The translations under genes and the position numbers were made by a program. A stretch of 64,000 nt of DNA from Pedosphaera sp. (GTDB lineage Bacteria > Verrucomicrobiota > Verrucomicrobiia > Limisphaerales > SIBH01): contig JANOQV010000012.1 of NCBI GenBank assembly GCA_031414955.1, positions 34,750 through 98,749 on the forward strand. The letters run 5' to 3'. The notes beneath the pieces are model-generated. The model saw only the letters and a program-made list of their open reading frames with translations. It was not told the DNA's origin and searched no databases. This document shows positions 10,271-20,857 of the stretch, piece after piece (within the stretch, counting starts at the first letter, position 1; every line of letters begins with the position of its first letter).

Positions 10271-10449
10271 AGAGCCGGTCTGAAAATTCACTGGGGCAGC
10301 GCAAGCTGCCCGCCCCGGAGTGCGCTCGTGCTCGGGCGCCGCCACTTGCAAACACAAGCGGGTGTGGGTTTTTCCGACGCGCTCCAAGTCATCACCTTGC
10401 TGCGCCCGAGGACGGGCGCACTCCGCCTCCGAATTTTCAGATCGGCTCT
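10271..10449. mobile_element. MITE-like element with 19-bp terminal inverted repeats enclosing a palindromic repeat pair
   Basis: AGAGCCGGTCTGAAAATTC (10271-10289) vs GAATTTTCAGATCGGCTCT (10431-10449), 18/19 complementary; inner pair 10316-10425. Confidence 0.65.
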
Positions 10450-13319
10450 TACCGAGGAATGGCGGCGGGCAGGACGGGCAATATGTTTAGCAGCACGGGC
10501 TGGGAGACGTGGTCCCCATCAACTCTCGCCCGGAGATGGAACAAGCGTCGGCCAGGCGAGGCGACCTTCGAGGCGGTCAGGAAGAACTCGCGCTCGGTCT
10601 GGCCTTCGACAATCAGCAGGCCGTTCAACCCGATGTTGTCCACATAGACACCGTGCGGTGAATTGCGGCCGCAATCCTCCACGCCCAGCTCGATGCGCTC
10701 CTTGAAGTCATGACGCGTGGCCCGCACGAGGGCCGTGATGGTCTGGCCGGGACGGAGGGTAAACTCCAGCGGCTGGCCGGGAGTTTCCTTCACAAAGCTC
10801 CGGTCTTTTCCCGGCCGGATGGCCACCGTCACCTTGGCCGGCTTGGCAAGCTCGATGTTGCCGAGGGTGCCCAGTTCGTGCGTGACCGCGCGGCCGTGGA
10901 TGCGGGCGGTGGCGATAATTTTCACGGCGCGGTCGGCATTCGTGTCCGGTGCCACGGCGTTGGTCGCGGCCTGCAACGTGGCCTGGGCGCGAATCTGGCC
11001 GGCCTCGATCTCGAGGGGCGAACTGGCGCTGAAGCCGATGGGCAGATTCGTAAGCTCGATGCGGATGGGACCCATGAATCCCTCCCGGCGTTGGGCGACG
11101 AAGCTGATTTCCCGGCCGCTGCCCGGACTGACCTTCGGATCCTTGCCCTCCACCGTGACGCTGAAGCCGGGGCGTTGTTCGCGCACAGCCAAGGTGTAAT
11201 GGAAGTTCGTGCCGCCCAGGCCGCGCGTGTCGCGGACGCGCACCAGGTAGTCGCCGCTGGCCGGCGCGGTAAAGAGCAGCACGGAATCGGCACCGGCCCG
11301 GCGGCTTGGATCGTCGTCGTTTTCGTAGCTCAAGCGATAGACGGGCAGGCCGTTCGGCACCGGCTCCGTGCCGGGCGGGAGCGGCGTGACGATGTAGCCA
11401 GGTTCGTTGAGCGCGTGCGTGAGCGCGGTGGTGCCGAAATAAGTCTGCCGCCGGCCTTCGCCCGGATAGACCTTGTAGCCGGAGTCCGGCCCGCGCGGGT
11501 AAAGCCACAGCTTCACGACCTCGCCGTTGGCGTAGAAGTATTCGTCCAGTTCCATCTCGGCCCAGTTGTGCAGGCGGAAGTCATCCACGGTGTCGGAATC
11601 CTTGCCCCGGAAGGTGAACCACGAGTCGCGCACGGCTTGCAGCACGACTTGCTCGACCGGGCGACCATCGGCGTGCAGCACTTCGAGCCGGCTGTCCAGC
11701 GGCGACTTCGATTGCGCCGCGTGGATGGCCAGCGTGAATTCCTCTCCGGCCCGGGCGCGAAAGCGAAACAGGTCGGCGTCGCCGGGCGGGTCGATGACTC
11801 CCTTGATTTCGGCCGGCCAAGGCACGGAGGCGGCCTGCGCGGGCCGGTTGTTCGGCTCGGCTTCGGCGAGCTGCGTCACGTTGGTGGAAGCGGAGCCAGG
11901 CGCCTTCGTCACGAGTGACGTGGCCCGTGGTTTCTTCGCCGGGGAAACTTTCGCTTCGTAGAGTTGCAGTGAACCATCCAAGCGCACGGCGAGGAATTCA
12001 TCGGCCTTGGGACGGGCCGCAATCGCGGCGGCGAGGTCGGGCTGGAGATCATACGCATAACGCTCGGTCAGATCAGGCAGGCTCCAGAGCTTGAGCGTGC
12101 GATCGGCGGCCGAGGTGATGAGGAACTTGCCGTTCGCGCTGAGATCAAAGGCGGTGATGGCCGCTTCGTGGGCAAAGCGGGAATGAACCACGGGATTGAG
12201 CGCGGGCCCGGTCTTGGAAACGAAACGCCAGAGGTGGATGCGCTTGTCGTTCCCGGCGGCGAGCAGGTGCTGGCCGTCCGGCGTGAAGGCCACGGCGTTC
12301 AATTCGCCCTGCGGCTGGTTCAAGGTGTCGAGCCGCGCGCCATCGGCCACGCGCCAGAGCTTCACGGTTTGATCCGCGCTGGCCGAGGCCAGGACAGTGC
12401 CGCTCGGATCGAAGGCGAGATCGAAGACCGCGCCGTTGTGGCCGGCGATGGCGTGAAGCAACGTGCCGTCGCTGATGCGCCAGAGTTTGATCACCCGATC
12501 GTAACCGGCGGTGGCGAGTGTCCGGCCGTCGGGCGAAAACTCCGCGTCGTAGAGCGCATCGCGATGGCCGCCAAACTCGCGCACCTTCCGTCCGCCGGCC
12601 ACTTCCCAAAGCTGGGCCGCGCCGCTCAGTCCGGTGATACCGCTGGCCGCGATCAAATGCTTGCCGTCCGGCGCGAAGTGAACGGCGTTGACCTTGCCGG
12701 GCAGGCCGCTGAAGACGCGCAAGGCCGGGCCGCGCGAAGAACGACGCAGTTCGACCCGGTTGGCCAGGCCCACGGCGAATTGCCGGCCATCGGGCGACCA
12801 GGCCGCGGCGGTCAACGGCGGTCGCAGGCCGGGCGCGGTCTTGATTTCCGGGACCACGAGGCTTTCGAGAATGGAGACGTCCTGCCTGGGCGCGGCGGCT
12901 CCGGCGGCGATCCATTGCTTGAGCACGGCGAGTTCAGCGGCGGGAACTTGCGGTTCGTCCTTGGGCGGCATGTGCGGTCGCGCGCGGCTTTCAATCGATT
13001 TGATCAGAAACGATTCATCTGCCTGACCGGGCTTGATGGGGTCGCCCTTCTCGCTGCCGCCCTGGCGCAAGGCGGCGTAGGTCTCGACGGAGAAATCATT
13101 TTCGTGCTCGGTCGCGTTGTGACAGCCCGCGCAATAGGTGCGCAGAATGGGCGCGATGTTCTGCTCGAAAGTAATCTGGGCCCGAGCGGCGGCGCAAAAG
13201 GTGAGCAGGACCAGGAGGCCAGCCACCGGCCACGCGGGCAGAGCGAAGCGCCGGGACGGGCGAGGCCTGGCGCTCCAGGACGGGTTGAAGCAGGACGTAA
13301 CGGATGGAACCAGGTTCAT
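10449..13319 (-). CDS. Planctomycete cytochrome c + WD40 repeat + PPC domain protein
   Basis: CAGCH heme motif and MPP; WD40 repeats (GH..DAEFSPDG..LATAGYD..IKLW); E-x-EPNN and D-x-D-x-F-R-F PPC motifs. Confidence 0.85.
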   Translation of the reverse strand: MNLVPSVTSCFNPSWSARPRPSRRFALPAWPVAGLLVLLTFCAAARAQITFEQNIAPILRTYCAGCHNATEHENDFSVETYAALRQGGSEKGDPIKPGQADESFLIKSIESRARPHMPPKDEPQVPAAELAVLKQWIAAGAAAPRQDVSILESLVVPEIKTAPGLRPPLTAAAWSPDGRQFAVGLANRVELRRSSRGPALRVFSGLPGKVNAVHFAPDGKHLIAASGITGLSGAAQLWEVAGGRKVREFGGHRDALYDAEFSPDGRTLATAGYDRVIKLWRISDGTLLHAIAGHNGAVFDLAFDPSGTVLASASADQTVKLWRVADGARLDTLNQPQGELNAVAFTPDGQHLLAAGNDKRIHLWRFVSKTGPALNPVVHSRFAHEAAITAFDLSANGKFLITSAADRTLKLWSLPDLTERYAYDLQPDLAAAIAARPKADEFLAVRLDGSLQLYEAKVSPAKKPRATSLVTKAPGSASTNVTQLAEAEPNNRPAQAASVPWPAEIKGVIDPPGDADLFRFRARAGEEFTLAIHAAQSKSPLDSRLEVLHADGRPVEQVVLQAVRDSWFTFRGKDSDTVDDFRLHNWAEMELDEYFYANGEVVKLWLYPRGPDSGYKVYPGEGRRQTYFGTTALTHALNEPGYIVTPLPPGTEPVPNGLPVYRLSYENDDDPSRRAGADSVLLFTAPASGDYLVRVRDTRGLGGTNFHYTLAVREQRPGFSVTVEGKDPKVSPGSGREISFVAQRREGFMGPIRIELTNLPIGFSASSPLEIEAGQIRAQATLQAATNAVAPDTNADRAVKIIATARIHGRAVTHELGTLGNIELAKPAKVTVAIRPGKDRSFVKETPGQPLEFTLRPGQTITALVRATRHDFKERIELGVEDCGRNSPHGVYVDNIGLNGLLIVEGQTEREFFLTASKVASPGRRLFHLRARVDGDHVSQPVLLNILPVLPAAIPR

Positions 13320-13322
13320 ACC

Positions 13323-15545
13323 TCAGTGCTGGAACAGGAATTCACGGCTGGTCAGGAGGGACCAGAAGATGTCCTCGACGATCAGGCGTTGCTCACCGGC
13401 GGAAGCCTCGCGCAGCATCGGCCCGAACTGCTCGAGTTCCTTGACCGAGGGCGGACGGCCCAGGCAGAGCAGCCAGGCCTCGCGGAGGAGTTGCTCCGGC
13501 GGCGGATTCGTCGCCAGGATTTTGGCGAGGCGTCCGTTGGTGGAAGCGAGCTTGTCGTTGATGGTGCCGCCGTTGGAGAGGTGCAACACCTGCACCAGGC
13601 TGGGCTGGTTGGAGCGTTCGCACTCGCAGGTGATTTCACGCTCGTTCCGGCCAAAGGTTTTCAGGAAGTAGTTCTTCACCTTCGAGTCGTAGAGTTGCAC
13701 CGCGCGAGTGGTGTTGGTGTAGAGAGAAACCTTTTCCGTGGAACCGTCGTTGAGCGCGAGTTCGGTGTACTTGTCGCGCACGGCCGTGATGTCCGCGATG
13801 GCGTCGCTCAACACCTCGGCACTGAGCCGGCGCGGGAAGAAGCGCGAGTAATGGCGGCGGTCCTCGCGGTTCTCGGCCAGCGGCTCGCTGGAGCGGCGAT
13901 AGGTCTGGGAGGTGAGAATCAGCCGCATCAAGGCGCGCAGGTCGTAGCGTTGCTCCACCGTGGAGGCGGCCAGCGCCGCGAACAGTTGCTCATTGCTGGC
14001 CGGATTGGAGACGCGCAGATCATCGACGGACTCGACCAGGCCCACGCCGAGGAAGCTGGCCCAGACGCGGTTGACGATGGCGCGGCTGAAATACGGATTC
14101 TCCGGCGCGGTCAGCCAGTCCGCCAACACCTCTCGTCGGTCGCGCGTGTTTTCAGCCGGAATGGCCGGGGCGTCGAGCGGGGCGGGCGGCTGGGGTTGGC
14201 CGGTGCGCGGCTGAAGCAAGTCGCCGTGCGACTCGACGTAGAGCGTGCGCTGGCCGTCACCGCTGCGGGAATCGCCGCCCCAGCCCTTGGCCCGGACACG
14301 CGCGAAGAGGTTGGCGAACTGGTAATACTGATCGTTGGTCCACTTCTCGAGCGGATGATTGTGGCAGCGCGCGCAGCCGATGGAGAGCGAGAGAAAAGCC
14401 TGGCTCACGTTCTCGGCCATCGACTCCGGGTCCTGATGTACGGCGTAGAAATTGGACTCCCCGTCCTCCAGCGAGGAGCCGCGCGCGGTCACTACTTCGC
14501 GGACCAATTTATCCCAGGGCGTGTTCTCGGCCACGCGTTGCCGAATCCAGCCATAGTAGGACTTCACCGCCGCAGGCCGCAGCTTCGCGCCGCTTACCAG
14601 CAGCAAGTCCGACCATTTGTAAGCCCAGTAGTCCACGAATTCGGGCGTGTTCAACAGGCGATCGGCCAGGCGGGCGTGTTTGTCCGGCGCGGCATTGGTG
14701 ACGAAGGCGTTGACCTCCTCGGGCGTGGGCAGCCGACCGATGGTATCCAGCGTGGCGCGGCGGACGAAGGTGGCATCACGGGCGGGGGGCGAGGGCTTCA
14801 GGTTGAGCCGCTCCAACTGCGCGAGCACCAGGTCGTCGATCAAGTTGGCGCGCGGCGCACGGGCGAAAACGGCGGCGGGCAGATTGTTCGAGTAGGGCGA
14901 GGTCAGGCGGGCAATGACAATGCGGGAAGAATACCACGCGGTGATCGCGCCGGCCCCGGGACCGAGCACGGTGACGTGGCCATTGGCCTCGACGGTGGCC
15001 ACGGTTTCGTCCGTGGAGGTGAACTTCGCCCAGCGCGTCACGTCGCGTTCCTGGCCGTCGCTGAACCGGGCGCGTACGACGAGCTTCAAGCTTTGGCCCT
15101 GCTGCACGGTGCTTTCCGCCGGCGTGATCGTGAGGTGCGTCATCTGGGCCTCATCCGGCCGCGGACCGGGCGCGCCCTCGGCAATCCAGGCCGCGAGAAT
15201 GCGGTAGTCGTCCGAATCGACGGCGATGCGCTTGCCGCCCTTGTGCTTCAAGGCCGTGGTCGGCTTGGTCAGGAACAGGCTGGCCCCGGGCTGGGCCAGG
15301 TCGATGCGCCGGCCCCGCGACTCGCGGGTGAGGGCCAGGTAATCAGCCTCGGGATTGTAGCCGAAGAGGGAGAGCTTGAAACCGCCCTTCCCCGCCAGCG
15401 CCCCATGACAGCCGCCGCCGTTGCAGTTGGCCTTGGAGAGGACGGGAAGGACATCGTTGCGAAACGAGGTCGCGGCGTGCGCGGACGTGAACAAGGAGAA
15501 CGCGAGCGCCAGGAACAGAAGACGGGGTTTCTGCAAACGGCTCAC
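13323..15545 (-). CDS. DUF1549/DUF1553 protein with Ig-like (Big_2) domain
   Basis: CNGGGCHG, FVRRATLD..GRLPT, CARCHNHP, NPYFSRAIVNRVW, CECER, terminal EFLFQH; GTG overlaps upstream TGA. Confidence 0.88.
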   Translation of the reverse strand: MSRLQKPRLLFLALAFSLFTSAHAATSFRNDVLPVLSKANCNGGGCHGALAGKGGFKLSLFGYNPEADYLALTRESRGRRIDLAQPGASLFLTKPTTALKHKGGKRIAVDSDDYRILAAWIAEGAPGPRPDEAQMTHLTITPAESTVQQGQSLKLVVRARFSDGQERDVTRWAKFTSTDETVATVEANGHVTVLGPGAGAITAWYSSRIVIARLTSPYSNNLPAAVFARAPRANLIDDLVLAQLERLNLKPSPPARDATFVRRATLDTIGRLPTPEEVNAFVTNAAPDKHARLADRLLNTPEFVDYWAYKWSDLLLVSGAKLRPAAVKSYYGWIRQRVAENTPWDKLVREVVTARGSSLEDGESNFYAVHQDPESMAENVSQAFLSLSIGCARCHNHPLEKWTNDQYYQFANLFARVRAKGWGGDSRSGDGQRTLYVESHGDLLQPRTGQPQPPAPLDAPAIPAENTRDRREVLADWLTAPENPYFSRAIVNRVWASFLGVGLVESVDDLRVSNPASNEQLFAALAASTVEQRYDLRALMRLILTSQTYRRSSEPLAENREDRRHYSRFFPRRLSAEVLSDAIADITAVRDKYTELALNDGSTEKVSLYTNTTRAVQLYDSKVKNYFLKTFGRNEREITCECERSNQPSLVQVLHLSNGGTINDKLASTNGRLAKILATNPPPEQLLREAWLLCLGRPPSVKELEQFGPMLREASAGEQRLIVEDIFWSLLTSREFLFQH

Positions 15546-16933
15546 GCGAACAACTCCTTGATCGGCTCCGTGCCCAGATCGGTCAGCGAGAAGGGACGCC
15601 CGCCGGGGCCGGGCAGATGCGCGGCATGATTGAAGCCGAGGCTGTGAAAAATCGTGGCCACGACATCGCCGGGCTTGGCCGGGCGCTCGGCTGGGAATCC
15701 GCCGATGGGATCGCTCGCTCCGATGACGCGTCCCCCTTTCACGCCGCCGCCGGCAAAGTAGGTGGTGAAACATTGCGGCCAATGATCGCGACCGCCGGCT
15801 GGATTCACCTTGGGCGTGCGCCCGAATTCCGACAGACAAGCCACCAGCGTGTCATCCAGCAGACCGCGCTGGCTCAGGTCTTCAATCAGGGCGCTGTAGG
15901 CCTGATCGTACATCGGGCACACCAAGTCCTTCATGCCTTCGATGGAGGTGAAGGGCTTCGAGCCGTGAATGTCCCAGGTGATTTCGTCGAAGACGGTCAG
16001 GAAAGTGTTGATGGTGATGAAGCGCACCCCGCCCTCCACGAGCCGCCGCGCCAGCAGGCAGCATTGGCCGAAGCGGTTCATGCCGTAGCGCTCCCGCACC
16101 GCCATCGGTTCCTTGGTCAGATCAAAGGCCGCGCGCGCCTGGGCGCTGGTCATCATGCGGAAGGCGGCGTGGAAATTCTCGTCGAGCAACCGCGCATCTT
16201 CGCTCGCCTCGAAGTCCGCCACGGTCTGCTCCACGATGTCGCGCATCTTGCGGCGGCGTTCGAGCCGGTGCGCGCCGATTTGATCCGGCGGCAACAAGTC
16301 CGGCACTCTGAAATCCTTCTTCGACGGATCAGCCATGAGGGCAAAAGGATCGTGGGCCTTGCCCAGGAAACCGCCGGCCTGGCCGTTGGGCAAATTGCCG
16401 CCGCCCCGGCCCATCAACTGTGGCAGCACCACAAAGGGCGGCAGGTCGGTCTTGCGCCCCATCAGGTGCGCGGTCACTGCACCGGCGTGCGGCGTGTGAA
16501 TGCCGCCCGTAAAGCGCCGCCCCGTCTGCATCATCTGCCAGCCCGCGTCATGCACGGCCGCGCCATCGTGATGACAGGAGCGCACGAGCGAAAACTTGTC
16601 GGCGATTTTCGCGTGGAGCGGGAGCAGTTCGGAAAGCTCGAAGGCGTCGGACTTGGTGCGGATCGGTTTGAACGGGCCGCGAATCTCGCTCGGCGCGTCG
16701 GGCTTCATGTCCCACAGATCGATATGACTCGGTCCGCCGAGGTTGAAGATCATGATGCACGAACGCTGATCCTGGCCCGGCTTCACCAACCCGGCCTGCT
16801 TGGCCTGCAACAGTTGCGGCAGCGAAAGACCGATGGCGGCCAGCGAGCCGATCTGGAGGAACTCCCGGCGGCTGTGGCCGGGGCCGCACAGGCGCGCCCG
16901 GTCCTGCGGTGATTCAGCGAGGAAATCGAACAT
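15542..16933 (-). CDS. DUF1501 domain-containing protein (Tat-like leader)
   Basis: SRREFLQIG, GGPSHIDLWDMKP, LLARRLVEGGVRF, EFGRTPKVN..GRDHWP. Confidence 0.92.
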   Translation of the reverse strand: MFDFLAESPQDRARLCGPGHSRREFLQIGSLAAIGLSLPQLLQAKQAGLVKPGQDQRSCIMIFNLGGPSHIDLWDMKPDAPSEIRGPFKPIRTKSDAFELSELLPLHAKIADKFSLVRSCHHDGAAVHDAGWQMMQTGRRFTGGIHTPHAGAVTAHLMGRKTDLPPFVVLPQLMGRGGGNLPNGQAGGFLGKAHDPFALMADPSKKDFRVPDLLPPDQIGAHRLERRRKMRDIVEQTVADFEASEDARLLDENFHAAFRMMTSAQARAAFDLTKEPMAVRERYGMNRFGQCCLLARRLVEGGVRFITINTFLTVFDEITWDIHGSKPFTSIEGMKDLVCPMYDQAYSALIEDLSQRGLLDDTLVACLSEFGRTPKVNPAGGRDHWPQCFTTYFAGGGVKGGRVIGASDPIGGFPAERPAKPGDVVATIFHSLGFNHAAHLPGPGGRPFSLTDLGTEPIKELFA

Positions 16934-17003
16934 GGCCGCAGGTTGCCAGAACCCGGCCCGTTCCGGCCTTGATAGAAACCGCATCTTTTTGTAATTAAAC
17001 CGC

Positions 17004-17780
17004 ATGGCTGCAACCGTTATTCGCCCGCCCCCGGCCCCCGCCCTGGTGCGGGAGTTTTTCGCCGCGCTCGGCGAAGGCACGCCCTGGTTCCAGCTCTTCG
17101 ACCATCTGCCGCGCGTTTACCTCTTCGTGAAGGATGCGCGCGGCCGCTTCATGAAGGTGAACCGGGCCGAGCTTGATCTGCATGGCTGCCGGCAGGAGTC
17201 CGAGATGCTGGGCCGGACCGACTACGACTTCCATCCGCCGGCCATGGCCGCGCAATACGTGGAGGAGGATCAGCGCGTGATGAAGTCCCGCCGCCAGCTC
17301 CGGGACCAGGTCTGGCTGGTCATGGGCCATGACCGGATGCCGCGCTGGTATTTAAGCACCAAGATTCCGCTCCTGGGCCGCGACGGGAAGCCCGTCGGCA
17401 TCGCGGGTGTGATGCGACCCTACGACCACACCGGAGTCTCCCCGGCGGATTACAATCGCCTCACGCCCGTCATGGAATACGTCCTGGCCCATTACGGCAA
17501 ACGCATCGAGGTGGCCCAGCTCGCCGCGCGCGCCCACGTCTCGGTCAGCCAGTTGCAACGTGAATTCCAGAAACTCTTTGGCCTGACGCCCGGCGATTAC
17601 CTCCTGAAGGTCCGCCTGCTCATGGCCCGGCGGCGGTTGGAGGAAGGAGACGAGGCGGTCGGGGCCATCGCCCTCGACTGCGGCTTCTACGACCAAAGCC
17701 ATTTCAACCGCGCCTTCCGCTCCCTGGTCGGCCTGCCGCCCAGTGATTACCGGCGGAGGTTCCGGCGCACCAGCCGCTGA
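17004..17780 (+). CDS. AraC family transcriptional regulator with N-terminal PAS domain
   Basis: FVKD..GRF..VN, GRTDYDF PAS; IALDCGFYDQSHFNRAFR..G..P..YR AraC HTH. Confidence 0.92.
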   Translation: MAATVIRPPPAPALVREFFAALGEGTPWFQLFDHLPRVYLFVKDARGRFMKVNRAELDLHGCRQESEMLGRTDYDFHPPAMAAQYVEEDQRVMKSRRQLRDQVWLVMGHDRMPRWYLSTKIPLLGRDGKPVGIAGVMRPYDHTGVSPADYNRLTPVMEYVLAHYGKRIEVAQLAARAHVSVSQLQREFQKLFGLTPGDYLLKVRLLMARRRLEEGDEAVGAIALDCGFYDQSHFNRAFRSLVGLPPSDYRRRFRRTSR

Positions 17781-17950
17781 GGCGCCGTGGTTCCACGCCC
17801 CCGCTGCTCCCGAACGAGGCCGGGCCGAACGACGAAACGAACGACCCGCCCGCCCCGCCGGTGCCCAAGGCTCCGTGAAGTGATGGTGGCAGTGGCGGGC
17901 CTCCTCGTGTCGCCGGCGGTTGCGTGAACGACTGGCGCAGCCGCGTTCCG

Positions 17951-18574
17951 TTAATCATTCTCCAGGCGGCGGACTTCCTTCTTGAGGCGGGTGGAGATTT
18001 TGTATTTCGCAAAATAAACCTGCGGCAATTTCGCGCCGAGGCGACGCGCCACTTGCAAGGCCGGCATGTTCTTCACCACATGCAGGTAGAACATCTGAAA
18101 CTCCCGGGCGTCGGCCTGCTCTTTGACGCGATCCAGCGCCGTGTCGAGCAGGTGGGTCCGCCATTCGTCCTCCCAGATCGCGTCCAGCGTCAGACCCGCA
18201 TGGCCGGGCTGGGTTTCCAGCAGGGCGGTGCTGAGCGTCTCTTCGCGGGGCACTTGCTCGTCCCCCTGCTTGTAGCTCTTGCGGCGGAACGCGTCGATGA
18301 TCCGGGACCGGGTGATTTGCAGCATCCAGCCTTTGAATGACCCGAGTTCCGGGTTGTAGCGAAACTCCGGCATGTGCCGCGAAATCGCCACGAAGGTTTC
18401 CTGGACAATGTCCTGCGCGGCGGCCTCGTTGAATCCCGCTTTTCGCGCCACGCTAAAAATCAATTTCCAGTAGGTGTCGAAGAATTCGCGCCAGCTCTTG
18501 TCGTCCCCGAGATCCCGGAGCCGGAGCAGGAGCGTCTCGCGCGTCGGGAGCAGGTCTTCAGGTGGTGTGGTCAT
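17951..18574 (-). CDS. ECF RNA polymerase sigma-70 factor
   Basis: TRETLLLRL..W.EF...Y, QDIVQETF, GSFKGWM..I.R...IDAFRR, C-terminal region-4 HTH. Confidence 0.9.
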   Translation of the reverse strand: MTTPPEDLLPTRETLLLRLRDLGDDKSWREFFDTYWKLIFSVARKAGFNEAAAQDIVQETFVAISRHMPEFRYNPELGSFKGWMLQITRSRIIDAFRRKSYKQGDEQVPREETLSTALLETQPGHAGLTLDAIWEDEWRTHLLDTALDRVKEQADAREFQMFYLHVVKNMPALQVARRLGAKLPQVYFAKYKISTRLKKEVRRLEND

Positions 18575-18585
18575 GGGAATTATTT

Positions 18586-20697
18586 TCAGGCGGGCGGTTC
18601 TGAGTCGAGCTGCTGTCGCAACTCGGCGAGACCGCGGCGCAAGTCCGCCGCGGTCTGGTGGCGTCTCGCGGGGTTGGCGTCGCACGCCTGGAGCACGATC
18701 CGGTTGAGTCCATACAGCACGTTGCCGCCGGGATTCGCGATCATGTCCGTGGGCAGTTCGGGGTAATGAGCCACCGCCAGTCCGAAACCGATCTCGTAGA
18801 TGAGTTTGCCCAGGCTGTAGATGTCCGCCATCGGCGTGCCCGGCCCTTCTGGCGCGATGTAGCCCTTGGTGCCGAGGTAGGTGACGCTGGCGCCGCCCGT
18901 GGCGGCATCCGTGACCAGCCCGATGTCGGCAAACTTGGCGATGCCTTGCACAAAAATGATGTTCGCCGGTTTGATGTCACGATGAATGAGCTTGTGCCTG
19001 TGCAGGTGATGCAGCGCATCGGCCAGGTGCATCGCGATGTCCAGGCACTCCGCCAAGGGGAGCCGCTGGCGCCGGCGCAATTCGCTCTTGAGCGTTTTTG
19101 CGGCGTAGGATTCGGGATTGATTTGCTGGCCCTGGGTTTCGTCGTCGCCCAGTTCCATCACGTAGTAGATGTAATCATCACGAACGCTGCGCCCGACGTG
19201 GAGGACGTGGACGAAACCGGGATGCGTTCGCGAAATTGGTGTGAAGCGGCTGATGCCCCGGAACTCCCGTTCGTACGGGCCCGCGTCCTGGAACACCTTC
19301 CGGTGAACGATCTTGACCGCGTGGTAGCTGCCGATGATGTCGCGCGCCAGCCACACTTCGCCATAAGCCCCCTTGCCGATGGGGCGCAGCATTTCGTGAT
19401 CAGGGACGCTCGGCACCAGATCGTCCGGCTCGGGAAGAATCACCGTGCGCTCGGGCGCGACCCACGCCGCGCTGGCCGGAGCCAACGCTGGTCCGGCACT
19501 GCCCGGAGCTGGGGATCTTCCAGCCGGCGAATTCGCACCACCGCCCAAGGCGACTTCTTGTTCGAGCAGATTCATTTCCCGCTGCAATCGCCGCGTATGA
19601 ATGACCACGGACCATCCGACCGCGCAGGGGATTTGCACGGCCGCGGGGATCAGCCAGGGGAACCAGACCTGCGTGGTCAAAACGCTGATAATTCCGCCGA
19701 CCGCGACGCAGCAGGCGAACACCATCCCGACCCAGACTGAGGTCAGCGGGCGCAAGGAGGTGAAATAAATTCCCACGATCGCTCCGAACAACATCACCAA
19801 GGGCAGCTCGACGAAGGGAGACAGCCGCGAGAGCGATTCGCCGCGCGCCAGGTTCAGATACGCTGTGGCGTTGACCTCGACTCCGGGCGCCTTGCGGCCG
19901 GTCCACAAGGTGTGCGGAATGCGGAAATCGTCGGTGCCCTTTCCGCCCGTAAAACCAACGCTCCACAAGGCGCCGACGAACACGACCTTGTTCGAAAAAG
20001 CCGCCACCACGTCGAAATCTTTCTCGAACACGTCCGCGTACGACTTGTGCGGCAGGTAGCCGGGCGGACCATAAAAGTTGACCCAGTGCCGCGCGAAGGG
20101 ATCGCCGTCCAATTTTCCATGCGCCAGTTCCGCCGCGCGCCAGGCGAGGCTGGGGATTTGGAACACCGTGTCGCGATAATGTTCGCGCACGGCTTTGCTC
20201 GCGTCGCTGGCCTCGCTCATTCCCCAGGCGCTCACGGCGGCGAGTTCGTCGAAGGGCTTGATGATCTCGGAGCCGATGATTTCGCCGGCATGGACCCGGA
20301 AACCGTTGATGGCCGCCACCACGACTTTGCCATTCTCCCGCGCGGCCGCGGCGAGTTCGCGATTGGCCACCAGGTTGGTGTCTGCGCCGAACACCACGTC
20401 GAACACCACGGCCTTCGCTCCCGCCCCGGTGAGCCTCCGAATCAGCCGCGCATGCACCGTCCGATCCCATCTGTCCCATCGGCCCTGGCCCAGCGCCGCT
20501 TCGGAATGCTCGTCCATGTAGAGCACCACCACTTCATTCACCGGGACGGTCGCGCGAAAATAAAAAGGCAGGTCATAGCTGTAATTCGCCGGCCCTTGCA
20601 GGAAAGGAAGCGTGAGAAAGCACAGGCCGAGCAGGGCGGGAAAGGCGGCGGCGGTGGCCGGGGCGAGCCACTTGCGTCCGGCCCGGGAATCAAACAT
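18586..20697 (-). CDS. CHASE2 sensor + transmembrane + Ser/Thr (Hanks) protein kinase
   Basis: GAKAVVFDVVF, KVVFVGA, PGVEVNA CHASE2 motifs and 3 TMs; IGKGAYGEVW, HRDIKPAN, DIG, GTKGYIAPE, DIYSLG. Confidence 0.92.
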   Translation of the reverse strand: MFDSRAGRKWLAPATAAAFPALLGLCFLTLPFLQGPANYSYDLPFYFRATVPVNEVVVLYMDEHSEAALGQGRWDRWDRTVHARLIRRLTGAGAKAVVFDVVFGADTNLVANRELAAAARENGKVVVAAINGFRVHAGEIIGSEIIKPFDELAAVSAWGMSEASDASKAVREHYRDTVFQIPSLAWRAAELAHGKLDGDPFARHWVNFYGPPGYLPHKSYADVFEKDFDVVAAFSNKVVFVGALWSVGFTGGKGTDDFRIPHTLWTGRKAPGVEVNATAYLNLARGESLSRLSPFVELPLVMLFGAIVGIYFTSLRPLTSVWVGMVFACCVAVGGIISVLTTQVWFPWLIPAAVQIPCAVGWSVVIHTRRLQREMNLLEQEVALGGGANSPAGRSPAPGSAGPALAPASAAWVAPERTVILPEPDDLVPSVPDHEMLRPIGKGAYGEVWLARDIIGSYHAVKIVHRKVFQDAGPYEREFRGISRFTPISRTHPGFVHVLHVGRSVRDDYIYYVMELGDDETQGQQINPESYAAKTLKSELRRRQRLPLAECLDIAMHLADALHHLHRHKLIHRDIKPANIIFVQGIAKFADIGLVTDAATGGASVTYLGTKGYIAPEGPGTPMADIYSLGKLIYEIGFGLAVAHYPELPTDMIANPGGNVLYGLNRIVLQACDANPARRHQTAADLRRGLAELRQQLDSEPPA

Positions 20698-20857
20698 GCG
20701 CTGGAGCTGTGGTGATGAACCCTGGGGCCGGTCCGCCCCGGCGGGCTGGCCCGGTCGTTCCTTCTGAATGGGGCTTTGCAGGTTCACAATCGCGCGGCTG
20801 TCGATGAGCCGGATACGTCCGCAGTTTGAACCGCGGTCCCGGCGCAAACGAGCCTCA

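Noticed and set aside
12168..15629. 1153-aa plus-strand ORF and similar long antisense ORFs (e.g. 25092-26840, 34347-35561)
   Set aside because: Shadow frames of well-supported opposite-strand genes in high-GC DNA; no recognisable motifs.
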